Shown here: positions 19,021 through 28,751 of the stretch, piece after piece
Layout: each line of letters begins with the position of its first letter
How positions within the stretch are numbered: position 1 is the first letter of the stretch
DNA from: Bacilli bacterium
GTDB taxonomy: Bacteria; Bacillota_I; Bacilli_A; ML615J-28; CAG-313
Direction: 5' to 3'
NCBI GenBank assembly: GCA_900752975.1
Contig: CAADXH010000088.1
Coordinates: forward strand, 1-53,679
DNA length: 53,679 bases
The notes under the pieces: generated by a model
Seen by the model: only the letters and a program-made list of their open reading frames with translations
What the model was told of the DNA's origin: nothing
Database searches by the model: none
Program-made: the position numbers and the translations under genes

Positions 19021-20937
19021 ATGGAAAATATTAAAAAAATAGTCACGGACCATATTAACAAATTAAATACTAGCGAAAAGAGTTTTGCTAGTATTTATGA
19101 TATTATGTTTAGTATTCCTGACAACGTAATGGTGGAAAGTTCTGATGGACTAGAAATTAAAAAAATCACTTATAGACAAATGGAACAACAAATTAAGCTA
19201 GCCGCAACGGCTCTTAAAAAACGTAATATTAAAGACCAATTTATAGGACTAGCATCTGACAATGGACCAGAATGGATCATTCTATTTTGGGCAATTCTCA
19301 TGAGTGGAAATAAACCATATTTAATTAATTTAAGATTTCCAGCGTCTTTTACGGGCTCTATCTTAAAAACACTCAGTGTTAATTATGTAATTGAAGTTAA
19401 CCAAAACATCGATTATGGTGTCACAATAATTGATTTTGAAGATTTGATGAGAGAAAATAGTTTATGTGATGATTTTCATTTTGCCAACGAAATTGCAATA
19501 TCAACCAGTGCCACTACCCTAAACCAAAAAATATGTATTTATACTGGTTCAGAGTTTTCAGAACAAGTGCTTAATACCAATTATGTTTTAAGTAAAAACA
19601 AGTTAATAAAAACCCATTATAATGGATCATTAAAATTACTTGCTTTTTTACCTTTATATCATATTTTTGGCCTTTCTGCTATGTATTTTTGGTTTTGTTT
19701 CTTTGGTAGGACATTGGTTTTTCTAAAAGATTATTCACCAAATACAATCCTTAATACTGTTAAAAAACATAAAGTTACACATGTTTTTGCGGTACCACTA
19801 TTATGGCATACTATTGAAAAAAATATCTTAAAAGAAGTTAATAGTAAGGATGAAAAGACCAAACAAAAGTTTTATAAAGGTCTTAAAGCTTCAACAAAAC
19901 TTCAAAAAATATTTCCATCATTAGGTAGAAAAATTGTTAAAAGAAAATTTGCTGAAGTAAATAACAAACTATTTGGTGACTCAGTTGCTTTTTGTATTAG
20001 TGGTGGTAGCTATTTAAAAGACTCAACCATGTATTTAATGAATGCCTTAGGTTATCCAATGCATAATGGATATGGAATGAGCGAAATAGGTATAACATCA
20101 GTTGAATTATCAGAAAAAATAACTGATCGGAATAAAAATAGTATTGGTAAACCATTTACTTCAATAGAATATAAAATTAATGAAAATCAAGAATTATTAG
20201 TACGTGGTAAATCAATTTGTCATAATATCATTATTAATGGTACTCATCATCATATTGATGATTGGTTTAATACTAATGATGTTGTAAAAATTGATAAAGA
20301 TGGAAGGTGCTATATTGTTGGTCGAAAATCTGAATTAATCATTGGGGAAAATGGTGAAAATATAAGTCCTGATGAAATTGAAAAAGAGTTTCTAATTCAA
20401 AATGTCATTAATTTTTCAGTGATGGGTGACCAACGAAAAGAAAAATTAATTATGGTAGTACAACTTCCAAAAGATGTTTTGAAAACCACTTTGTTTCATA
20501 TAAATGAAAGTATTAATGAACAAAATAACAAACTTCCGCTAAGCAGTAGGATTAGTCAAATTTATTATACATATGATCCTATAATGTCTGCCTCAGCCAT
20601 AAAAGTTAGTCGTAAATATTTAGAAAATCATATCCTTTCTAACGAAATAAAACTTTTAACTATTAATGAAATAGGAGTATCTGAATTTACAGATGAAAAA
20701 GTAGATGAGGAGTTACAAGCAATAATTTTAGAGTTATTTAGTAAAGCTCTAGGAATACCTTCTCAAGATATTGATTTAAATGCTAACTTTATGCTTGATT
20801 TAGGAGGAACAAGTTTAGATTATTTCAGCTTAGTTTCAGCTATTAATGAAAAATTTAATATTGACCTTAAAATGGATTATGAACATATGGCATATAGTGT
20901 TAATGATTTTGAAAAGGTTATTAAGGAACTACTATGA
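19021..20937 (+). CDS. Acyl-AMP ligase (adenylate-forming enzyme) fused to a C-terminal carrier-protein domain
   Basis: ANL motifs HNGYGMSEIG, WFNTNDV and GRKSELIIGENGENISPDEIE. C-terminal LDLGGTSLDYFSLV phosphopantetheine attachment motif. Confidence 0.8.
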   Translation: MENIKKIVTDHINKLNTSEKSFASIYDIMFSIPDNVMVESSDGLEIKKITYRQMEQQIKLAATALKKRNIKDQFIGLASDNGPEWIILFWAILMSGNKPYLINLRFPASFTGSILKTLSVNYVIEVNQNIDYGVTIIDFEDLMRENSLCDDFHFANEIAISTSATTLNQKICIYTGSEFSEQVLNTNYVLSKNKLIKTHYNGSLKLLAFLPLYHIFGLSAMYFWFCFFGRTLVFLKDYSPNTILNTVKKHKVTHVFAVPLLWHTIEKNILKEVNSKDEKTKQKFYKGLKASTKLQKIFPSLGRKIVKRKFAEVNNKLFGDSVAFCISGGSYLKDSTMYLMNALGYPMHNGYGMSEIGITSVELSEKITDRNKNSIGKPFTSIEYKINENQELLVRGKSICHNIIINGTHHHIDDWFNTNDVVKIDKDGRCYIVGRKSELIIGENGENISPDEIEKEFLIQNVINFSVMGDQRKEKLIMVVQLPKDVLKTTLFHINESINEQNNKLPLSSRISQIYYTYDPIMSASAIKVSRKYLENHILSNEIKLLTINEIGVSEFTDEKVDEELQAIILELFSKALGIPSQDIDLNANFMLDLGGTSLDYFSLVSAINEKFNIDLKMDYEHMAYSVNDFEKVIKELL

Positions 20938-22214
20938 TTAAAGAAATATTACGTGTTTTGGCTATTATAACAGGTTGGCCAGTTCAACTTATATTCTTTA
21001 GTCGTAAAACCTATTATGAAGATAAAAAAAGTCAAGGAAGAAGAGTAAAAGGTGGAGCTATTATAATTTCTAATCACACAAGTATTATGGATTATATGGT
21101 AAATCTATTTATTTTCCCCTTTCGAAAATTATATTGTTTGATTGCTGAAGTAATATATAAAAAAGGTTTCTTTATGCGTTTTTTAGTAAATTGCATGGGT
21201 GGAATTAAAGTTGATCGTTTTAGTAAGGATTTAGGATTCATAGATGAAGGAGTAGCAGTACTTAAAAAAGGAAAACTTCTACAAATATTTCCAGAAGGTA
21301 GAATATCAAATGATAAAAAATTATTACCATTTACTCCATCTTATATTCTAATTGCTTTAAGAAGTGGGGTTCCAATTATCCCTGTTGTTGTTGATGGCAA
21401 TTATGGTTTATTTAAAAGAGTACATGTTTTAATAGGTAAGAAGATATATCTTAGTGATTACTGCAATTCTACTAATCCAACAAAAGAAGAACTTGAAAAA
21501 ATAAACAAAATTATTAGTCGAAAAATTACATTATTAAAAAATACTTTACAAGAAAAAATCGATCAAGATAAATGCAAATTTGGACTTTTAAGTAAACTTG
21601 CTTGGGATTTTGGTAGATTAACGGCATTTACATTTAACTTTGGATTTAGAATTAAAGTTTTTAATAAAGGTGTTAAGAAAAAAAACTTAAAGATTAAAGG
21701 TCGCTATATTATAGTTGCTAATCATGAAGCCTTCTTAGACCCGATAAAGTTAATATGTGTGTTTTGGCGCCGCCGTGTTAGAATTTTAACCGCTGAAGCA
21801 GTGTTTTCGAACAAAAAGTTTAGAAGTTTCATGATGGAGCGAATTGGTTGTGTTAAAATTGATAGAAATAAAAATGATATAGAATCGTTCAAAAAATGTC
21901 TCAATATTCTTAAAAATGGTGAAGTATTAATAATATTTCCTGAGGGACATTTGTCAAAGGATGGTACTCTCGATTCATTTAAATCTGGTGCTGTTTTAAT
22001 GGCAGCTCTTACCAATACTCCGATTCTTCCTATATATATGAAGAAAAGAGATAAATCAACAACACGTTCTAAAGTTTATCTTGGCGAACCAATAAAAATA
22101 GATATTCCTGATAATAGGATGGCTAGTATTAATCAGTTAGATGAATACTCACATAAATTATATCAAGCTATTACCGAATTAAAAGAAAAGTATGGAGAGA
22201 ATAATTATGAATAA
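20934..22214 (+). CDS. Tandem (two-domain) PlsC/LPLAT-family acyltransferase
   Basis: Two complete motif sets: NHTSIMD...FPEGR and NHEAFLD...FPEGH. Confidence 0.8.
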   Translation: MIKEILRVLAIITGWPVQLIFFSRKTYYEDKKSQGRRVKGGAIIISNHTSIMDYMVNLFIFPFRKLYCLIAEVIYKKGFFMRFLVNCMGGIKVDRFSKDLGFIDEGVAVLKKGKLLQIFPEGRISNDKKLLPFTPSYILIALRSGVPIIPVVVDGNYGLFKRVHVLIGKKIYLSDYCNSTNPTKEELEKINKIISRKITLLKNTLQEKIDQDKCKFGLLSKLAWDFGRLTAFTFNFGFRIKVFNKGVKKKNLKIKGRYIIVANHEAFLDPIKLICVFWRRRVRILTAEAVFSNKKFRSFMMERIGCVKIDRNKNDIESFKKCLNILKNGEVLIIFPEGHLSKDGTLDSFKSGAVLMAALTNTPILPIYMKKRDKSTTRSKVYLGEPIKIDIPDNRMASINQLDEYSHKLYQAITELKEKYGENNYE

Positions 22215-22452
22215 TGAAATACTTGAAAAACTAAAAGTTGTTGTATCAAATATTAAAGGAGTAAGTCTAGAAGACTTAGAATTTGTTGATGAAACAACGA
22301 GAATTAAAGAAGATTTAGGTTTAAATTCAATTGGAGTATTATACACAGTATTTGCGATTGAACGCACCTTTAATATTACGTTTGAAGATTTAGATTTTGA
22401 TTCTTTTCAAACTGTTGGTGATGTAATTAAGTATATTGGAAAAAACATTTAA
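22207..22452 (+). CDS. Acyl carrier protein (stand-alone)
   Basis: 81 aa; EDLGLNSIGVLY corresponds to the DLGxDS(L/I) attachment site. GGAGAG RBS before the ATG at 22207. Confidence 0.7.
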   Translation: MNNEILEKLKVVVSNIKGVSLEDLEFVDETTRIKEDLGLNSIGVLYTVFAIERTFNITFEDLDFDSFQTVGDVIKYIGKNI

Positions 22453-22453
22453 T

Positions 22454-22804
22454 ATGAAAAATCTTTGGGAAATAAAAGAAGTAAAACCTGGTGATATGAT
22501 AAGAATCTATAATGGAGTTTATTATCATTATGCAATATATTTAGGGAATAATCAGGTAATTCAGTTTGGTTCACCCGTTTACACATCAGATACTAAAAAT
22601 ATAAAAGTAGAAATTGTAAATAGTAGTGAATTTACCAAATATGGGTTTATTGAAGTCAGAAATTATACGTTGAAAGAGAAACTAAAAAAACGTAGACCTG
22701 AAGATATTATTACACTTGCAAAAAGCAAATTAGGTCAAACTGGATATGATTTTAAAAATAATAACTGTTTAAACTTTGTTGAAGAATGTGTATTCAAAAA
22801 ATAA
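22454..22804 (+). CDS. LRAT/NlpC-P60-superfamily Cys-His acyltransferase/phospholipase-like protein
   Basis: YHYAIYLGNNQVIQF (catalytic His strand) and NNCLNFVEECV (the NCEHF-type Cys motif of the LRAT/HRASLS family). Confidence 0.65.
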   Translation: MKNLWEIKEVKPGDMIRIYNGVYYHYAIYLGNNQVIQFGSPVYTSDTKNIKVEIVNSSEFTKYGFIEVRNYTLKEKLKKRRPEDIITLAKSKLGQTGYDFKNNNCLNFVEECVFKK

Positions 22805-22817
22805 GTATAATTATAGG

Positions 22818-22843
22818 CTTGCCATATCATTTGGCAAGTTTTT
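22818..22843 (+). terminator. Rho-independent terminator ending the lipid operon
   Basis: CTTGCCA-loop-TGGCAAG followed by TTTTT. Confidence 0.65.
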
Positions 22844-22949
22844 AATTATAAGTGTATAACCAAATAAAAAGAAACATTATATAACTTGAAAAAAAATAAT
22901 GAATGTGCTATAATTTTAACGAATTATTTATGAAAAAGGAGATAATATT

Positions 22950-24782
22950 GTGATTTACAAGACAATAACAAATTACAAAGAAGCAACAAAAGATTTTCTA
23001 GAAAATGAAAAGCAATTCCATTTAGGTGTTATACCTACTGAACAATCAAACCCTTTAACTAAAAACTTAAGTGCAACCATCGCTAAAGATACAGCTAAAG
23101 GCGTAAAAATGATTTTTAGTGCTGATAAGTACATCGCTGATGTAGCACGTGGACAATTTAATACTCCTGAATTTCAAGCATTTGTTGATGATATCAAGAG
23201 ATGTATGGATGAAAGAAAGAAAGTTGTTTTCTCAAGTGTTGGTGCATCAGGTCGTATGGCTATCCAAATGGATGGTGCTTGGAGAAGTTTCTGGCAAGGC
23301 TTAGTAGATAAAATTCCTGCACATCGTTTTGAATTCTTAGAAATGGCAGAAGTTGTAAGCAGTTTTACAACTGGTGGTGATCGTGCATTAGTACGTTCTG
23401 TTGAAAATTTTGAAGATTACATGACTTTTGGTGCAAAGCAAGTTGATGAAGCTGAAATGGGCCCTGGTGATGTTTTAGTAGCATTATCTGAATGTGGTCT
23501 TTCCGCAAGTATTAATGGTTCAGCTGTACGTGGTTATGAACTTGGTGTTAAGACTTATTATTTATTCTGTAATCCAGAAAAAATCTTAAGAACTCACCTT
23601 GACCGTGCTCGTGCTGTATTTGAATGTTTAGATGAATATGCAGCTAACAAAGCTAAAGGTATTGACAATGGTAAATACATTGTTAAAATTCCTCTATTTG
23701 TTGGTAATATGGCTGTATCTGGTTCAACACGTATGCAAGTAACAACAGTTGAATTATTAGCTGCAGGTGCTGCCTTAGAAGTTGCTGCGAATCGTTGGTT
23801 AAAAGAAAATTTAACTGAACAAGAATTAGCAGTAGTTGGTGGTGAAGTATTAACTCTTGACCAATATGCTGATGCATTTGTTTCATTAAATAAACAATTA
23901 TCAAGTGGTAAAGCTCTAAAAGGTCTTGCGAAAGCTGTAGAATTTGAAGTTAACACATACAACCAAAAAGGTTTAGTAACTTACATTACTCATGATTATC
24001 TACTAGATATTATGACAGATACAACTGAACGTCAACCAACGTTTACACTACCTCCATTCAGAAAGTTTAATGATCATACTAGTGAAGTATCTTGGGCATA
24101 TATTAAAGACCCTCTATACCCTAATGAAGTTGCATGGCAACAAGTATTCCGTCGTCCTATTAAAGGATTAGAATGGACTAAAGAAGATTATATCGAAATG
24201 AAAGCCAGTCAAGATATTATCAATAATCCTCCAAAAGTTAGTGGTAGTGAAGTATTAGAATATGTAATTGGTAATGAAGATGATCCATCAAGATATTCTC
24301 GTCCTTGTTCTCAATTAGTATTAATCGATGTTAATGGTTCAGCAACCCCTGAAATTGTTAAATGGTATAATAAAGAACTTGCTAAATATAGTGGTGGTAT
24401 CGTATTAAGATTTGGTCAAATCCCTGCTGAAAAGATTTCAAAAGATGAAATTAGAATTCCAGTTGAACTTCCAAGAACATGCACAGACATTCTATATCAT
24501 TTATTAGTTAAAGTTGCTTTCAATGCTTTAAGTACTGGAACAATGGCTAAAATGGGTAGAGTATATGGCAACTGGATGGTTCAAGTTCTTCCAACTAATA
24601 AGAAATTAATTGACCGTTCATCAAGAATTATCGCAAGTCTTGCGAAAATACCTTATGAAAAAGCAGTTGAAGAATTCTTCATTTCTTATTATAATCGTAA
24701 ACCAGAAGATGAATATCGTGAATCATATGTAGTTGAAACATTACGTCGTTTAGGCTTTGACCCTAATGCTGATATAAAATAA
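22950..24782 (+). CDS. Double-SIS protein of the MurQ etherase / glucokinase-regulatory-protein (GKRP) family, 610 aa
   Basis: SVGASGRMA (compare GAGTSGRLG), VSGSTRMQVTTVELL (compare TGSSRMKAGTAQKL), C-terminal STGTMAKMGRVYGNWMVQVLPTNKKLIDRSSRII (compare [26 protein letters not shown]). It is twice the length of MurQ. GTG start with an AAGGAG RBS. Confidence 0.6.
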   Translation: MIYKTITNYKEATKDFLENEKQFHLGVIPTEQSNPLTKNLSATIAKDTAKGVKMIFSADKYIADVARGQFNTPEFQAFVDDIKRCMDERKKVVFSSVGASGRMAIQMDGAWRSFWQGLVDKIPAHRFEFLEMAEVVSSFTTGGDRALVRSVENFEDYMTFGAKQVDEAEMGPGDVLVALSECGLSASINGSAVRGYELGVKTYYLFCNPEKILRTHLDRARAVFECLDEYAANKAKGIDNGKYIVKIPLFVGNMAVSGSTRMQVTTVELLAAGAALEVAANRWLKENLTEQELAVVGGEVLTLDQYADAFVSLNKQLSSGKALKGLAKAVEFEVNTYNQKGLVTYITHDYLLDIMTDTTERQPTFTLPPFRKFNDHTSEVSWAYIKDPLYPNEVAWQQVFRRPIKGLEWTKEDYIEMKASQDIINNPPKVSGSEVLEYVIGNEDDPSRYSRPCSQLVLIDVNGSATPEIVKWYNKELAKYSGGIVLRFGQIPAEKISKDEIRIPVELPRTCTDILYHLLVKVAFNALSTGTMAKMGRVYGNWMVQVLPTNKKLIDRSSRIIASLAKIPYEKAVEEFFISYYNRKPEDEYRESYVVETLRRLGFDPNADIK

Positions 24783-24791
24783 TAAAAAATG

Positions 24792-24826
24792 GCGGTAATA
24801 GACATCTATTATCGCTTTTTCTTTTT
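24792..24826 (+). terminator. Rho-independent terminator
   Basis: GCGGTAATAG-loop-CTATTATCGC followed by TTTTTCTTTTT. Confidence 0.65.
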
Positions 24827-24839
24827 AAGAAGGTGAACT

Positions 24840-25742
24840 ATGAAAAATAAAGTTTTAGTATTTGGTTTAGTTGGTGAATCTGTATTTATGCAGACAAATC
24901 ACTTTCATAGTTGTGGTGAAACCATAACTATTGATAATATTCATAAAGAACCCGGAGGAAAAGGCTTTAACCAAGCCATCACTCTAGCAAGACTTGGTAT
25001 TAAAACAACTTTTATTGGTGTAATTGGAAATGATTACAAAAGCGTGTGTGAAGATTTTTTAAATAGTGAACAACTTAGTTATCATTTAGTGATAAAAAAT
25101 GGTATGAGTGCTTATGCAACAATCATCACGGATAAAAAAGGTGAAAATGAAGTTTCAGTCTATCATGGTGTTAACAAGTTATTTAGTCGGCACGATGTAA
25201 AAAAGTATGAAAATGAATTTCTTGATACGGCTTATGTTTTAATTCAAGCTGAACTTCCAGAAGAAGTAGTAGATGAAGTAATAAAACTTTCTAAGAAGTA
25301 TGGTGTAAAAGTCATAATAAATCCTGCTCCTGCTAAACCATTCATCAAAAAATATTTAAATGATGCATTTTTAATTACTCCTAATCTTCAAGAAGCTAAA
25401 ACTTTATTTTCTTTAGATGAAATTACGATTGATAATCTAAAAGAGCAGTTATCAAAATTTTCATTATCACGTGTTGTTATAACTCTTGGTTCAAAAGGCG
25501 TTATTATAAAAAACGTTAATAAAGTTACTTATCTTTCAGCTTTAAAAATAAAAAAAGTAGTGGATACTACTGGAGCAGGCGATGTTTTTAATGGAGCGTT
25601 AATTACAAGTTTAATGAAAGATAATGATTTGATTGAAGCTTGTAAGTTTGCGGTGAAAGTATCAGGAATGAGTGTTCAAACTCCATATGTAATGCCTTCA
25701 ATTCCAACGCTTAAGAAAGTAGAGGACTATACAGATGAATAA
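24840..25742 (+). CDS. rbsK: Ribokinase (PfkB family)
   Basis: GGKGFNQAITLARLG and DTTGAGDVFNGAL motifs. Confidence 0.75.
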   Translation: MKNKVLVFGLVGESVFMQTNHFHSCGETITIDNIHKEPGGKGFNQAITLARLGIKTTFIGVIGNDYKSVCEDFLNSEQLSYHLVIKNGMSAYATIITDKKGENEVSVYHGVNKLFSRHDVKKYENEFLDTAYVLIQAELPEEVVDEVIKLSKKYGVKVIINPAPAKPFIKKYLNDAFLITPNLQEAKTLFSLDEITIDNLKEQLSKFSLSRVVITLGSKGVIIKNVNKVTYLSALKIKKVVDTTGAGDVFNGALITSLMKDNDLIEACKFAVKVSGMSVQTPYVMPSIPTLKKVEDYTDE

Positions 25743-26469
25743 AATAGAAATACTTCAAAAATTAATTAATACCTCAAATAATATTGTCGTAATGACTGGG
25801 GCAGGTTTTAGTAAGGCATCAGGTATTCCTGATTTTAGAAGTGCAGATGGATTATATAATGATAAAGGTAAAGACGTGATATCTCCTGAAGAGATTCTTT
25901 CTCATCATTATTTTATAACCCACCCTAAAGTATTTTATAATTTTTATTTTGATAAAATGATTTATCCAAATGCTATGCCTAATGCTGGTCACTATAAACT
26001 TGCAGAACTTGAAAAATGTGGTAAGTTAAAAGCAATAATAACCCAAAATATTGATGGTCTTCACCAAAAAGCAGGTAGTAAAAATGTCTTAGAACTTCAT
26101 GGCTCAGTATTAAGAAATCACTGTATGAAGTGTCATACCTTTTATAGTTTAGATGATTTACTTAATAATAAACAAATGACAACGTGCCCTATTTGTGGTG
26201 GACTAATAAAACCGGATGTAGTACTATATGAAGAAGGCCTTGATATGACTATACTAAATGAGGCCATTAAAGCCGTAGTCAATGCGGATTTACTTTTAAT
26301 TATTGCTTCATCCATGTTAGTAAACCCAGCCGCAAGTCTTCCTTATTATTATAGAGGAAATAAAATGGTAATTATCAATTTAGAGCCTACGCCTCTAGAT
26401 AGTTATGCAACATTAATTATTAATGAAAAATGTGAAGAAGTTTTATCACAAATAAAAGTAAAGGAATAA
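25735..26469 (+). CDS. cobB: NAD-dependent protein deacylase (Sir2/CobB family)
   Basis: GAGFSKASGIPDFRS, QNIDGLH, Zn ribbon CMKC...CPICGG. Confidence 0.85.
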   Translation: MNKIEILQKLINTSNNIVVMTGAGFSKASGIPDFRSADGLYNDKGKDVISPEEILSHHYFITHPKVFYNFYFDKMIYPNAMPNAGHYKLAELEKCGKLKAIITQNIDGLHQKAGSKNVLELHGSVLRNHCMKCHTFYSLDDLLNNKQMTTCPICGGLIKPDVVLYEEGLDMTILNEAIKAVVNADLLLIIASSMLVNPAASLPYYYRGNKMVIINLEPTPLDSYATLIINEKCEEVLSQIKVKE

Positions 26470-26473
26470 GAAA

Positions 26474-26965
26474 ATGGAAACAAAAATGACAAAATTTGAA
26501 AAAGTATCATGGAATGAATTTAAAAAAAACCATCAAATAGAACAAGATTATCATGACATAATATTACCTAAACGTGCAACTAAAGGTTCTGCCGGATATG
26601 ATTTTTTCGCACCTTATGATTTTAGTTTATGCCCTGGTGAAACAATTAAAATTGCAACTGGAATTAGAGTAAAAATTGATGAGGGTTGGTTTTTAGGCAT
26701 TTTTCCACGTAGTAGTTTAGGTTTTAAGTATCGTCTTCAACTTGATAATACAGTAGGAATTATTGATAGTGATTACTACAATGCTTTAAATGAAGGACAT
26801 ATTTTCATTAAACTCACCAATGACTCACATAGTGAATTAACAATTACCGTTAAAAAAGGTGAAGCATTCGCCCAAGGCATTTTTATTCCTTTTGGAATAA
26901 CTATTGATGATGAAGTATGTACTGAACGAACTGGTGGAATGGGTAGCACTAATAAAAAGAATTAA
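26474..26965 (+). CDS. dut: dUTP diphosphatase
   Basis: KGSAGYDF, PRSSLG and GIIDSDY motifs. Confidence 0.8.
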   Translation: METKMTKFEKVSWNEFKKNHQIEQDYHDIILPKRATKGSAGYDFFAPYDFSLCPGETIKIATGIRVKIDEGWFLGIFPRSSLGFKYRLQLDNTVGIIDSDYYNALNEGHIFIKLTNDSHSELTITVKKGEAFAQGIFIPFGITIDDEVCTERTGGMGSTNKKN

Positions 26966-26983
26966 AACTATTGAGGTAGTAGG

Positions 26984-28273
26984 ATGAAACCATTTAATTT
27001 AACAACAGTTAATAATGAACTATATTTAAATAATTTTTCTTTGAAAGAACTAGCAAAAACCTATCATACCCCTCTTTATGTATATGATGAAAAACATATC
27101 TTAAGTGTTATTGATGAATATTTAAATAATTTTAAGTCATCAAAATTTGAAACCAAAATTGTTTATGCTTCAAAAGCTTTTTTAGTTCCACAAATTTGTA
27201 GTATTGCTTCATCAAAAGGTTTAATGCTTGATGCGGTTAGTGTGGGTGATTTATATGTTATTGAAAAATCAGGTTTTTCGCTTAAAAATGTAGTTTTTCA
27301 CGGCAATAACAAAAGTAATGATGAACTTGAATACGCTGTGAAGCACAAAGTAGGGTTAATTGTTATCGACAATTTAGATGAACTAGATCGCTTGGATAAA
27401 ATAACATGTGAAAAAAAAGTGTCAGTTAACACATTATTTAGAGTAAATCCTGGAATTGATGCTCACACGCATAAGTTTATTCAAACAGCACTTTATATCA
27501 GTAAATTTGGCGAAAGCATTTATGATGATGAAACCATTGCCAAAATTATTAAAAAATACCAAACTTCCAATTATGTGAAATTGTTAGGTTTTCATTCTCA
27601 TATTGGTTCACAAATTCATGATCAAAAGCCATTTTTAATGAACATCGATAAAATGGTTGAGTTTACTAAAAAGATTGAAAATAAGTATCAAATTAGGCTT
27701 CCATACTTGAATTTAGGCGGTGGTTTTGGCATTCAGTATCAAACAACGGACAAGGAATTAGACCTTGAGAATCTTTTAAAAAAGATGATAAAAAGATTAT
27801 CAAAAAAGGCGAGTGATTTGGATTACAATTTAGAATGTGTGTTTATTGAACCAGGTAGAAGTATTGTTGGTGAAGCTGGAATCACTCTTTATGAATGTGG
27901 AACAATTAAACGCACATATGGTGGTAAAAACTTTCTATTTGTTGATGGTGGAATGACTGATAATATTAGACCTGCCTTATATAGTGCCTTATATACCGTT
28001 GATGTTGTAAATAGAATTAACGAACCTAAAACTGTAACTGTTGATATAGCTGGCAAATGCTGTGAATCAGGAGACATTATCGCTCATAATCAGTTAATAC
28101 CTGAAACTACGCCAGGTGATATTTTAGTAGTTTATGATACTGGTGCTTATACTTATTCAATGTCTTCAAATTACAATGGACAATTAAAACCTACCGTAAT
28201 TTTAGTTGGTGATAATGTTAAAGTTATTAGTAAAAAAGAGAAACTACATGACTTGTATCGGCACTTTGAATAG
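26984..28273 (+). CDS. lysA: Diaminopimelate decarboxylase
   Basis: TPLYVYDE, YASKAF (PLP Lys), HSHIGSQ, GGGFG, EPGRS and CESGD motifs. Confidence 0.9.
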   Translation: MKPFNLTTVNNELYLNNFSLKELAKTYHTPLYVYDEKHILSVIDEYLNNFKSSKFETKIVYASKAFLVPQICSIASSKGLMLDAVSVGDLYVIEKSGFSLKNVVFHGNNKSNDELEYAVKHKVGLIVIDNLDELDRLDKITCEKKVSVNTLFRVNPGIDAHTHKFIQTALYISKFGESIYDDETIAKIIKKYQTSNYVKLLGFHSHIGSQIHDQKPFLMNIDKMVEFTKKIENKYQIRLPYLNLGGGFGIQYQTTDKELDLENLLKKMIKRLSKKASDLDYNLECVFIEPGRSIVGEAGITLYECGTIKRTYGGKNFLFVDGGMTDNIRPALYSALYTVDVVNRINEPKTVTVDIAGKCCESGDIIAHNQLIPETTPGDILVVYDTGAYTYSMSSNYNGQLKPTVILVGDNVKVISKKEKLHDLYRHFE

Positions 28274-28326
28274 GAAAAAATCAATAGTCAAATATTGAAC
28301 ACAAATAATTTTTTTACATTGTTATA

Positions 28327-28355
28327 TTGACTTTAATAAGATAAAATGTTATAAT
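28327..28355 (+). promoter_or_regulatory. Near-consensus sigma-A promoter
   Basis: TTGACT, 17 nt, TATAAT. Confidence 0.5.
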
Positions 28356-28387
28356 AATCGTATATTGTATATAAGGAGTTTTGTAAA

Positions 28388-28699
28388 ATGACTAAAGATG
28401 AAGCCTTAAAAATATGGTTACGTGAATTTGGAGATGTAGATTATGCTCACGACTTTACGGGTAGAAAAATTAAACGTGATGATTTTGGCGTTATTAATCA
28501 AGTAGGTTGGGTGGTTGATTATATGAAACCACTATCTTTAGGGGGACTTCAAAACGAAGACAATGAAATGATTGTTCATCATGTTACTGCTTACGAAAAA
28601 GGTGATAATTATCCCGATTTTGAAGTAGTTGGTGTTCAATATCACGTAGGACATGACGAAAAAGATGATTATTATTTTATTGAAAAAATAGTTGATTAA
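28388..28699 (+). CDS. Small HNH-like protein with a degenerate catalytic motif
   Basis: GWVVDYMKPLSLGGLQNEDNEMIVHHVT resembles the HNH core (DH..P.S.GG....N....H), but the D-H dyad is D-Y. Confidence 0.35.
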   Translation: MTKDEALKIWLREFGDVDYAHDFTGRKIKRDDFGVINQVGWVVDYMKPLSLGGLQNEDNEMIVHHVTAYEKGDNYPDFEVVGVQYHVGHDEKDDYYFIEKIVD

Positions 28700-28751
28700 A
28701 AAGCAATATAAGTAAATTATATTGTTTTTTAAAAGATAAGAGGAAATAAAT

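Noticed and set aside
25735-26469. Sir2 protein as a possible anti-phage (defence-associated Sir2) effector.
   Set aside because: It has the canonical short CobB architecture with a Zn ribbon, and it sits in a housekeeping operon (rbsK-sir2-dut-lysA). No partner sensor gene is present.
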